Source: Yuukianura sp. NJ FZ-2021
Taxonomy: Eukaryota
Assembly (NCBI GenBank): GCA_046563655.1
Contig: CM102290.1
Location: 8,060,001 to 8,124,000, forward strand
Reading direction: 5' to 3'
DNA length: 64,000 nt
This document shows positions 39,899 to 51,200 of this stretch, piece by piece. The position numbers and the translations under genes were made by a program. How positions within the stretch are numbered: position 1 is the first letter of the stretch; each line of letters starts with the position of its first letter. Below the pieces are notes generated by a model. That model did no database searches, was not told the origin of the DNA, and saw only the letters and a list, made by a program, of their open reading frames with translations.

Positions 39899-41160
39899 AT
39901 GGAGGAATGGATACTATACTTTGTACTGGCTGGAATTGTTGCGTTGATTCTAATAGGAGTTAAATTCGTCAGCCGCACTGGAAAAGAAAAAGTAGAACCT
40001 GCTCCAATTGCTCCTCAGCGACCGCAGAACGCTCGAGGTCAAGGCAATAGAAGAGTTGCGGCAGTGAGAAATCGAAGAGTCCCAGGAAGAAGAGTTGGTT
40101 AGTCGCAAGTCACAAATGAGAATCACAAACCCATCAGTAAATTTTTAAACTTATAGAAGCAGATTCGGATTCGGGTGACGATGAAGGTGAAGATGGTCAC
40201 GGGGATGTACAAGGTGAACCTTCCGTGGAAGAAGAAGCATTGCTCAATGACCCCAAACTTGGTGCCAAGAAGAGGGCAAAGCTGGAAGCTAAGATAGAAA
40301 AACGAGCTCAACGTGAAGTAAGTGTAAATTTCAATTTTCAGGCGATTGTTCGAAGATTCCAAAGCAATGGTTATGTTGCTGTTTTAGGCTGAAGAGAGGC
40401 AGCGTGAAGAAAAGAAGAAGCGAGATGCGAAGCAAGATGAAGAAAACAAAAAGTAATTTAAGAAACTTGGCTTTTGAATTTATTGTATTGTTAATTCTCC
40501 ATTGATCTGTGTATGTTTCTCGTCAATAGGAAGGATCTTGAAGCCGAGGAGGAAGAGAAGCGAAAGGAAGCCGAAGAGATTCGCTTACGAGAAGAAGCGG
40601 CTCAACGTGAATTGGAAGAATACTTGAAGATGAAGGAGAGCTTTGTTGTTGAAGAAGAAGGTTGCGAGGTCAAGGACGAGAAGGAAGAAGAAGACTTATT
40701 GGAGAAATTTGTTACTCATATTCAGGTTAGCAAAATTCCCAAATTCTAACAATATTAATATTAGACTAACGTTAATTTTTGAAAATTCTTATTTGTAGAC
40801 TCAAAAAGTGATACTCTTCGAAGAACTAGCCACAAAATTTGGACTAAGAGTGCCTGAAGCTATTAATCGTCTCACATGCTTAGTCGAAAGTGGACGTCTC
40901 ACAGGTTAGCAGAAACTATGGTTTGCATTTTTATACATACAAAGTGCTTGACAATTAGAATCGCAGTTACAAACGTCGTAATTGTCTTACTACTAGGCGT
41001 TATGGATGATCGTGGAAAATTTGTTTACATCTCTGAAGATGAGCTAGCCAAATTTGCCAAGTTTATCAAACAGCGTGGACGTGTTTCTGTTGCGGAATTG
41101 GTAGAAAATTCTAATCAAATTATCAACGTTGCACCGGAGGTCATTGCTACCGAGTCGTGA
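39899..41160 (+). CDS. DDRGK1: DDRGK domain-containing protein 1 (UFBP1), 6 coding exons
   Basis: N-terminal TM anchor, [15 protein letters not shown]-rich coiled coil, [16 protein letters not shown], and [33 protein letters not shown]. Confidence 0.96.
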
Positions 41161-41407
41161 TGAAAGTATTCCCCGCTTGCGCTATTTAGTCTAACTATAA
41201 TCTTACTAATCCACTACTATGTACTTTCAACATTTTTTTTAATAATTTGAAATTATTAATTTCAAATCATGATTTTTCCGGTTTTAGAAATTTGTACTTC
41301 CCTACTTAATTCTCAGCGGATCATAAAACGAAAATAACAGGAAGAAAGTATTTTTTCAATACGCTTTGGAAATCAATGTGAATGTTAACTTATACTTTTA
41401 TCATTAC

Positions 41408-41594
41408 CAGGGATGTGAGAAATATGTGCTAAAAATGCCTAAAACATTAATAACAACTTGTTTTTAAATCGCCCTAATATACTTAATTTAACTTTAAATG
41501 CAAGGGTAGATAATTTTTATTTAGTAACTGAAAACCCGGAAATAGTTTTTATTGGCATTACGGACGTGGAGACTAAATATTTCTGACATCCCTG
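41408..41594. mobile_element. hAT-type MITE (187 bp)
   Basis: 18-bp TIR cagggatgtgagaaatat / atatttctgacatccctg (1 mismatch) and 8-bp TSD atcattac / atcattag. Confidence 0.85.
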
Positions 41595-42489
41595 ATCATT
41601 AGTCCTCACTATGAGGTTTAGGTTAGTTCTTTATGTGACAGATCAAGCCACACGCTTGATTCAAACGCTATTTCAGTGTTCATTGGAGAACAGATGAACT
41701 AGTTGTAAATATTTGTGCGCCTTATCCAATCGGATATTCATTTAAAAATTAAGTGAGTTGAAAATCGAAAAGTAAGAGTAGGGTTACATGGTTTCCTGAA
41801 GTTTCAACTTCAACTATACTCATTTTCAAAAATGGAATGTGAAATAACCAGGGTAGAATGATGCATGGAAAGCTTACAGTTATTTGAACTTTATTCTGAA
41901 TGGATTAGCGTTTTTAAGAAGCAATTTATACGGATGTTGTAGGTTGAAAAGTAATATATATTTCAATAAGAGTTGAGGCAAGTCATGGTTAACCACGTCC
42001 TTGTTAACTCAAAATTGAAACTTTTTGAAGTGTTTACTGCTAGCACTTTGAAGTTTTCATATTCTCATTAGGCGGCGTAAGCCCAATTTCTAAAGTTACT
42101 TAACGTTACTAAACTTCAGTAATTGCAAGTTTCCTATAGCAACGAAATCTTTGACAAGTTAGGCAATAACTTCCCTTTTCAAAAAATCTGGCCCCAAACT
42201 TTTCACCTGAAGTTGTTTATCGCTCGTTTTTGTGCAAAAATTTAAAAAGCTTCCACCAAACTGAACGTTCAAAATGAATAAACAAAATTCGTAGCGAAAA
42301 TTCTAACGAGCCTTTGCCTCCTTTTGCCTTACGTGTTTTAATTTTTGACGACGAAAAAAAAACACCGACTTTTCCCTAGCCTGTTATATTTTCTTGTTCT
42401 ACTATTTTCTTGTTCACAGACGTCGAGTAACTGTGTTGTGACAGTTATTGGCTCATGTGCTAAGTACTATTTTCAAAAATAAGCGTTCA

Positions 42490-43680
42490 ATGCAAAAAAA
42501 AAACACTAATACTAAAACTTGTTTTCTTTGAATAGATGGGATGACGGTAGAGAGGTTTTAAGGATAAAACTTTTCCGGACAAATGGAACCTTTCTCCATT
42601 CTGACGTGATCCCTTCAATCTGAAAAATGCTAGTGCAATTTTTCTCTATAAAATACGTTTTTTCGTTTTGCTTGCACATGAGAAGATGAATGGTATCAAA
42701 AGATCAAACGAAACGCAAAAGGCCTAGCAGCCTAGCTTACCGTTCAATGTCACCGCATCGTATATTGCCCAGCGGCTTCCAGTTTTTCAAAAACTTTGAA
42801 GAGCTGCTTCCTCGGTATTGAGGATCATCTCTTCCAATCAAAAAATCTATTGGATCACTTTGACATCAATCACAGAAGCTCGCCTTTTTTGCTTTTGTAC
42901 ACCACGGTCCCACATAATTCTCCAAAAGAAAAATACACAGAAAAAAAAATTTTTTTCGGAAAATTTCTGTAAAAAACAATACCTTTAGCCTTGCGTTGAA
43001 AGGTAGGATTGATCTCAAACAATTTTGAAGTTACGGATAATATAAAACAACATATCAGTGTTTCAACTAATCGATTTAGTGTTGCCGCGTTTCAAATATG
43101 TTAAACTTTTAATTACTACATAGTGTTAAAATTACGTAATGTAAGTCATACCAAATAACATAACTAAACCTGATACACAAACCAAATTTGGTGGTTCTGC
43201 GTCAAAGTTACATACTTTGTTTCACTGCTGCATGCTGTAGGTTCTTATTGGTCGTGATTGATGTATTGTAGAGATGAATTGACGTTCCTAAGGTACTTAA
43301 GATGCTCTTCAGATTCGATTTCCTTTCAATCAAACGGCAATGTAACCTAAGGTTCAAGTTCTACAAGGATCGAACAATTCATCACATCGGCATCATCTTC
43401 TGCAAGGTTTTGGGTTTCCTTATTTTCGGTTATATTTTTCAAGTTTTGCAGCGTAATTTGCAAAATTACATCACAAATAAGAAAGACTTTGAGTTTCGTA
43501 AAACAGTCCTCAATGTCTAGGATTTTGTGCATTAAAGTTTCTGTCAAATTCAGATCTTCCGTAATATCAAGTTCCCTGTGTATAAAGTGTGTCACGTACA
43601 ACCGTGGTTTTGTATTTATAGTTTCTTCCAGTACAATACCACCAAACGTGGTTTGAACAAGCTTTGTAACATGTTCAAGT
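42490..43680 (-). pseudogene. Probable decayed spliced gene of unknown identity
   Basis: Phase-compatible exon-like blocks (ending 42983; 42741-42921; starting 42619) with gtattg and gtaagc donors and a ttttcag acceptor. One acceptor reads GG instead of AG, and there is an in-frame TGA at 42866-42868. An upstream protein-like frame (about 43170-43680) has several stops. Confidence 0.4.
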
Positions 43681-43686
43681 GTTACA

Positions 43687-43992
43687 GGTTACAGCCCGCA
43701 ATTTAAAAGCCGACAACGTCAATAGCCCAGAATCCTAAAGCCGACAACGTCTAAAACCGACAAAATTAAAAACCAGTAATAAATTAGCCTAATCGAGACC
43801 CTATGCTGTAATTCACCTTAACCAAAACTAACGTAGGTTAAGCTTAATTCACCCTAAAATTGCTAACTAGAATATAGTAGGACGCGGTTTTAATTTTGGC
43901 GGCCAATAACGCTGTTGGCTGTTGAAGTTATCGCCTTTTGATTGTCGTCATTTGGATTGTCGCCTTTCGGGTTGTCGGCTAAGGCCTGCTCC
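43687..43992. mobile_element. Inverted-repeat element with subterminal tandem ccgacaa/ttgtcg motifs
   Basis: Left arm has repeated ccgacaa, right arm repeated ttgtcg, GG...CC ends and a central taggtta-like core. No clear TSD. Confidence 0.65.
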
Positions 43993-44659
43993 GTGCAAAC
44001 TATTTCAAATAATTGAAAACGTGTTAGTTTTATCCACAATGTAACAAAAGGTGAGAGCCGGGACTCGTTTCTGTCTTAATTGCATTACGTCCAACATTGC
44101 GTCGCACTTTAGAAATGTCGTATTAGACAAAGGTCAGTGTCCCGGATGAAGCCTTCCAGAACACATTTCCACTTGTCACATAAAAGACAGGCAGAGAACT
44201 GGTAGGACAATGACCGCGGGGTCTTTGTTAACTTCACTGATGGATTGTATTAGGTTTAACTACCTTTAGATTAACAACGAACGTTGGAATTTATTAAATT
44301 GACTTATTGTCTGCAATTCAGTTGAATGTTGTTTGGTTTCTGGAAAAAGCACAAAATAACAATTGAAACTAAGGCTTGCAGAGCATAAAATGTTGTTTTA
44401 GTACAGTTTCTTTCTTTCTTTGAACTTTCTCGTTTATTTTCTTTTCCTCTTCAACGGACATATTCAATGTCAGTTGAAAATTTTGATCGTACTACCTAGT
44501 TCTAGACAGTTGTGCCACAATTGTATTAAATTCAATGGCTCATTTTGTGTTCTGACCTCTTATGACCTTTGAGCCACTTGACTTGATTTGAAGAACAAAG
44601 AAAAAAAAAGAAGCACCAGAGCTAAGAACTTTCATTTCCGTCCATTGAACACGGCACTT

Positions 44660-45195
44660 TTTCTTTTCATCGGAATTGAAAGTGCACTTAAGTATCGTCA
44701 GATAATTGTAGGGATCGTCTTGTCCGTCCGTCTGTCTGTCCCTCCGTCTGTAGCGCTAATAAGTTGAGAACCACTACACTGATTGTTAAGCGGTTTTTTA
44801 ATTACTAGTAACTACTAACCAGATGACTAAAAATCAATTTTTTCATTCACCAAAGGTCATAGGTCAAGTTTATACTCCATTTACAATAGGGAAACGGATG
44901 GACAGACTCGGAAGCGGTTTGCGTTAATGGGCTTTTGATGACCTCAAGTGACCTTTAACAGGGTCAAGGCTCAAGGTCATCTTTTTTTTTTCTACAATTC
45001 GGAAACGGAATAACGACGCGAGGACTAAGATTCCGAATGCTGTTTGACTTCAAGTGACCTCTAACAATGTCAGAGGTCAACAATATCAACAATACCGAAA
45101 CTCTCTTATAACTGATCTGACGATACTTATTTATATCGTCTTTGCAAGAAAATTCGAGCATGAAAAGAGCCTTGCCTTTTTCTAGCTCCGAGCAA
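44660..45195. mobile_element. Helentron/DINE-1-like non-autonomous element
   Basis: gtccgtccgtctgtctgtcc microsatellite near the left end. Perfect 15-bp inverted repeat taagtatcgtcagat (44689-44703) / atctgacgatactta (45115-45129), outer tcttttcat/atgaaaaga inverted pair, and multiple aggtca/tgacct motifs. Boundaries approximate. Confidence 0.6.
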
Positions 45196-45730
45196 AGAAA
45201 ATGCATTACAGATGTATGAATTTTGGTTTCCTATTTTCAAAACACGTTAGCTTTAAAAGCTGTAATAACATTCACCACAAGTAGGAATCAAAAATTTGTT
45301 GGTCCAGATTCAGACTGAGAATCCTCGAAAGAAGCGCCTTTTGATTTAAAATTTTTAGCAAAGCGGAAATAAAAATATTTTTTTGGCTCGCTAGCAAGCA
45401 AGCTTAGTATTGTATGCTGTATCAAAATTCAAAACGCTTTTTTGCGATGACTAAATTTTTCAGTGGAACTAAAACTTTGGTCGGGAAAAATAGGGCCAAA
45501 CCACAACGAAAAAAAGTTGTTTTTTTCGTAAATTAGTCTGACGCATTTTGAAACAAAAAGTTCGCAGGCTCTTAATCTTGTGGTGCAAATTGGAGACGTG
45601 ACATGGGAGACGTCCATTAACTCTCAATTACTCAAAAAGCTTGAAATTGAAACAATTCATACCATTCAGTATATTCTTTACCGCAAGTTAACTATAAGGA
45701 GTAACGCTGTTGAACTTTGTGTTGTTGACA

Positions 45731-46509
45731 ATGAGTATTCCATTGGGCATATTAGTTTTGTTGATTTTTCTGTGGAATACTGCAGAGTCAATGGACTCAA
45801 TAGTTTTTCAAACTGCCGCCAGCTACAATCCCCAGCACTCTATTCCTCAGCTCCCTGAAGAATTTGTAACAAACTTCATGCAGCACAAGTGGGACTACAA
45901 TGGACACCGTGTGAGTCACGTAGCCACTGGAGCCATTTGGCACTCTTTTAGTAGGAAAATGATCAGAATTGACGAAGTCACGCATGACTGGAAGTCAAAC
46001 AACGCAATAATTGGTGGACCGCGGACAGGAATCATATTAATGTCGGTGTTTGATTTTAATCAAACAGCAACAACTGGCCAAGTTGTCAATACGGTGTTCA
46101 AAATAAAAAATATGACGCACTCGGAGTGCAAAACCGATCGACTTCCTCTGACACAATCCAGTGTTCAGCTTTATTCTGCTGACCACTTGAAGAAGTTCAA
46201 CGCAGGTTACACAAATTAAAGAATTCGAAAATTCGAAAACTCTATGATAGCTGTCTAAAAATTTTCTGCATTCAAGGTTTCACTGGTCAAGAGAACTTGA
46301 ACACTCATGGTCTGTCGAACAAATGGGTTGTGTTTTTTGGAACTACCGTTGCTACGTTCTACTTTGATGAGCATGGTAACCATGTTCGAATGGACTTTAT
46401 ACGTCCGCCACCAGACAAGGCGTCTGTTACGACACATTACTTCAATATGGATACTACTCCAGGAGTCATTCCAGACGATGTCTTCCAAGGACTTACTTGC
46501 AGAACCTAA
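45731..46509 (+). CDS. Secreted 235-aa protein of unknown function (2 exons: 45731-46205, 46277-46509), probable LolA/ependymin-like beta-sheet fold
   Basis: Signal peptide MSIPLGILVLLIFLWNTAES. A phase-1 71-bp intron (GCA G|gttaca..ttcaag|GT TTC) joins the two ORFs into 708 nt. PQLPEEF near the N-terminus, IPDDVF..C at the C-terminus, N-glycosylation sequons NQT and NMT. Confidence 0.85.
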
Positions 46510-48296
46510 TCTTCAAAATTTTGAACAACATTGAAAAAAAACTGAAATCACAAGTTAACTTGAAATGAAATACCCACTTCGGCGTGTTTTTTTTAATTTG
46601 CGTTTGTATTTTTGTGTTTGGAAGTTAATGAAAAGAAAGCATCCTAAAACAAGTTCCCACACGACAACTCATATTTAGTTTTATTGATTTTTAAAATTAG
46701 GACAATTTTTTGTGAAATTTTTGTTTTTGAAATTTTTTTTAGGTTTACGTTTCTAATTCTATGAGTACGTAACATTAAACCATTCAATTAAGGTAAATAT
46801 TGAGTTGATGAATCTTTCGTTTGAATTTGATTTTACAAATTTGTGATATCAATGTCCAAAAATTTTGATAATTGACATGTAAAGCATTACAAATGATTTG
46901 ATGTTATACATAATATAAATTTATTTTTAAGTAATTCATTCGCAATCGTTCTTCAAACCCATTCATGCTTTTGTTAGTAGTAGTTGCAATCCGAATTTCA
47001 ATAATCATATATACATATTCTATGAACGCATCCCTCTCGATCTAAAAGAACATCAGCAACAAAATTGAAAAAAAAAATCACTGTTAAGTTACAAAACATT
47101 TAGGATGGGACTACCCATCTAATTGCATCTAAGCTTATACGAATTGTGCTTGCCAGAAATATCAGTAGTACAAAATCTTAAACCTTAGCACCACTTTGCA
47201 AAATTTTGAATTTTCAATGTAGCTACTGACTACTAGCACCATTTTTTCACAGTTACAAGTATCGTTTGTGTCTTCGCCTCCCTCCGCAGTATACTAACAC
47301 TGTAATAATTTATTTTACTGTTCTATATTATTTATGATTATACTGGTAAGTGTAGTTTACTTAGTGTTGAGGTTAGGCCTACAATTACCAAACTTAGGGA
47401 ATGTTTTCAAAATCACGACACGACATTCATATAAGCCTTCCTACAAACTACAACGACATGACGCCCATGTGCCAAAAATATTCTGGGAACATGTACATGC
47501 TCCAGCGTGTAAATTTAGTAAAACAAATGTTTGCTTTCACTTAAGAGTCCATTTCCGAGACGTGGAAGGTCACTTTGTCCAAGTGATTACACTTACTCCT
47601 GACCTCATGACCTTTCTAAAACGGTACCCTAGTTTAATAAGTCTGATGACATGACACCAAAATTAACATCACATCAAATCTGGTTTAACCGACCTTTTGT
47701 TTCGTTACGGTCAAATGTTGCCTAATTCTGGAAGGAAAGTTCGCATTTCTGCCGCTTTTTTGGAGGGAAAAGAGAGGAAGATGATGTGCTTGCTCCCTTT
47801 GCTTTCTTTCCGAGTTAGTTTATACAACAAAAGCGGTGATGAATTGAACGGTGAAAGTTTTGTTTGCTGTTCCGGTGGGGTTTTGTGGCTGTTCCGCTAC
47901 CCGGGAACCTTGTGTAAGTGATTCCACAAAGTATTATTAAGTAGATGCTGGAAGATGTATTGCCTCTTCCGAATATGTAAACCTCTCTTACCGGTCGAAC
48001 TTTAACTTTTCCGGAAAACGAGAGCTTTCTCATCCATAATGTGATTTTGCCATGAAAAGAGAATTTTTTCTATAGAAAATATTAGTTTGCCTCCTGTAGA
48101 ATTTTTGGTTTGAAATAGTGTGGTTTTCCATTCGGAAGTAGGAGAAGTGTTCGCCTTGCGATATGCACTTTCTCTTTCCATTTCCTAACATGATTCACTA
48201 CCAATCACTACTACAACACAACTTACCATCGTAACGTAATAGTAAAAGATGATTGATGATTTTCAGCTGAAATAATGTGGTTCTAAATAACATTTT

Positions 48297-51200
48297 TTAG
48301 CTCCACTGATGCATGGGATGAAGGGGAATGGAAGTTCCGTTGCAGTTGTGATGATTTCTGTCCACTAGACGATTCTGCATATTTGTTCGGTAAATGGCTC
48401 TCGACATATGTGGACGTGGTGGTTTCCGGCGGCACAGAATCCGACGAAACGCGCGCTGAAACTCTTTGGAGGTACACCTAATGTTGTGACACAACAAAAG
48501 TAATAGAAAACAAAATTAAAGTAAAAATGAAACAGAATAAAGGGAGGAAGAATCGGTAAATTATGAATTTCGAAAGATTCAAAGTTACGGTCAAAGGTTA
48601 TAAAATGATTTTGTGTAACGTACGCGTAAATGAAAGGATTTAAGCAGCTATTCATGTAGCCCAGCCAGAAGAAGAGGTCAAACACTTCGTCAGGAACGTT
48701 ACACTCTTTGCAGAGCGCAGCTATAAAGAAAAAGATTATAAAAAATAATAGATTAACGAATGGTTTTCTTTTAATTACGTCATTTTAAAATTATTTGATA
48801 ATTTCGAATTGTATTTCCTACGTTAGTTTTGGAAGTGGGTCACAGGGAGGAGAAATCCCATTGAATTTAGCTACTTTGTTTGCATTGTTATTCAAAACCA
48901 AAAATAGAATGGCGCATCTCAGGTTTTAATCATGCTAATTCAGATTTCTGTTCGAGTCCTCTTCAGAAAAAAGTTTTGTTTCCAAATGCATTTTGAATAA
49001 TGAGGAAAGTCACGAGTCTTCATGACATGTTTTTGCGAGTGTGACATTTTTGGAGAAAGAAAGAAATTTAATGGAAAGATACTTAAGAAAGTAAAAAACT
49101 GAGAAATGCTTGGAAACATGAAATTTCACTCATTATTAAAAGATTTTTTGAATACTATTAAGATAGAAGGGAACGTCAAGACGTTAATAAATGACGCTCT
49201 GAAAAGCTCTTCTTTTCTTCCCATCTTTTGTTCCACGCAAAAAGTCAAAAAGAAAACGTTAAGGTTGTGAAAGAGAAAGATCCAGATTCAGTCGGTTTTC
49301 CTGAAGGTTCTAATGGAAGCACACCATTATGTCAATTGTATTGTATCAACTGCAATTATGTCAACTGTTTTGCGTCAGCTAGTATTGTCTCAACTGCTAC
49401 TTGTCTCACCGTGCGTAAAACTTAATTCAGCTTAACTTAGGTTTGATTAAGTTTTTTGATCCAATAGCCGCTGACTCAGTTGTGCATTGATGCAAATCCA
49501 ATTGACAAAATTCAGTTGATGGAATGATAGTTGATACAACGGCATCGGACCGTTCTAATCACCTACCTAATTCAACTTAATCTATTCAGCCGTTAATCGT
49601 AATTTACTATAAAATAAGCTTAGGGTTATGAATAACCTATGTTGAAATTTTTTGTTAAGCTAAATTACAATAACTTAACCTGACGTTAATAAAAATAGGT
49701 TAGGTTTAGAAAAAAAAGAGAAAGTCACTAGGTCAAGTCATGTCTCATTGATTTTCAGGAAACTGTGCACATAAACACATCAGCTTTGTATAGAAACAAA
49801 ACAGGATTGAACGTAATTTGAAAAACATTTTTGGAACTGGTTTTCACGTTTCATCAATTTGTGATGATAATGAGTTTGATGGTTTGAGGATGATGAAGAT
49901 GAAATTAAGAATTGACAGAACCGTAACCGAAGAAGAAGCTGTCAAACCAATTCCGCTCTATCTGCTACAAAAACTGTTTGAACAGCGTTCAACACCAACG
50001 GAGGGCACAGAAGAAGCATATTCAACATCAGCCTCGGTCAAAGATGATAGACAAAGTGCCCTCGAAGTGTTTTGTCCATGTTAGAAGTCATTAATCACAC
50101 CTCACTTCAAGTTATTAGAACGAACCCCAATGGAGAACGTTGGCTTAAATTTTTTAAAATCTTGGAACATCATGATGTTCCGAAACTTTCAACTTGGCAG
50201 TTTTTCCAAGAACGAATATGAATTTGTAATACCGAAAATATGTAATTTCGGCACGAAAACATACGAATATGAAAAGCCTTTAAGAGCACTCTACGTCTAA
50301 GTGTCATTTTGCATACATGAGTCAGGATTTTCAGACTCGAATCTGTAGAAACATTTTTTTTGAAAACCGTGTTCAACTTCTTTAAAAAATTGTTTAGAAA
50401 GCGAGTTCTTTTTTTTATATTACAAACAGAATGAAAGCAACGCATTTCAAAAACGACGTTAACTCTATCCGTCTTTCTTTTTTGTTTTTTTCTCTTTTCG
50501 TTTGTTTTTTGAATTTTGAAGGTTTAAGGCGGTTTCTGGAAACTCAATTTTTGTTTCAGTGTTGCGCAATTGTGGCAAATCTTAAAAAAATTTCCAGGAA
50601 AAACTTTACTCTGTAAGAACTTCATTATTTTCAAAACTATCGCTTTCTTTTCCTTTCTTTTTTTCTTTTTCTTTTTTTGCTTTTGCTTTTGTTTTTGTTT
50701 TTTGTTTTGTTTTGTTTTTTTTTCTTGAAAATGCTCCACTTATACTACAACAGGAAAAGTTTTCAGTTTTGTTAAGCGTCTTTTTTTTAACACCACACTT
50801 GAAAAGTTTTTAAATAAAGTCTTTCAGTTTCTTTTATCTTTAGCTTTGATGGTATTTCTTTCCAGCTTTTTCAGTTTCCGGGTTTTGGAATTTTATAAAA
50901 TACTTTAAATATAGTTTCTGAATTGTGAATTTATTCAGCTCAAAAAACTAAGCGCCGCGGAAAAATAACGGATGTTTTTAATATCTGTGACGCTTGACGA
51001 CAGACAGGCATTGTGCAGCTCTTTAAAAAATGAAATTTCAAAGAGAGGAAAATTTTAAACGTTGAGAAATATAAAATGGATGAAAATGACAAGAGAAGTC
51101 TACAAGTTCTCATCAAATGCAACCCCATGACCTCGTTGTTTGTTTTGAGGTTGAGGCTTTCACCCTGTGGTTTCAACCTAATGAAAATCCAGAAGAAAAT

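Noticed and set aside
50524..50739. Lysine-rich ORF
   Set aside because: Product of the T-rich low-complexity tract.
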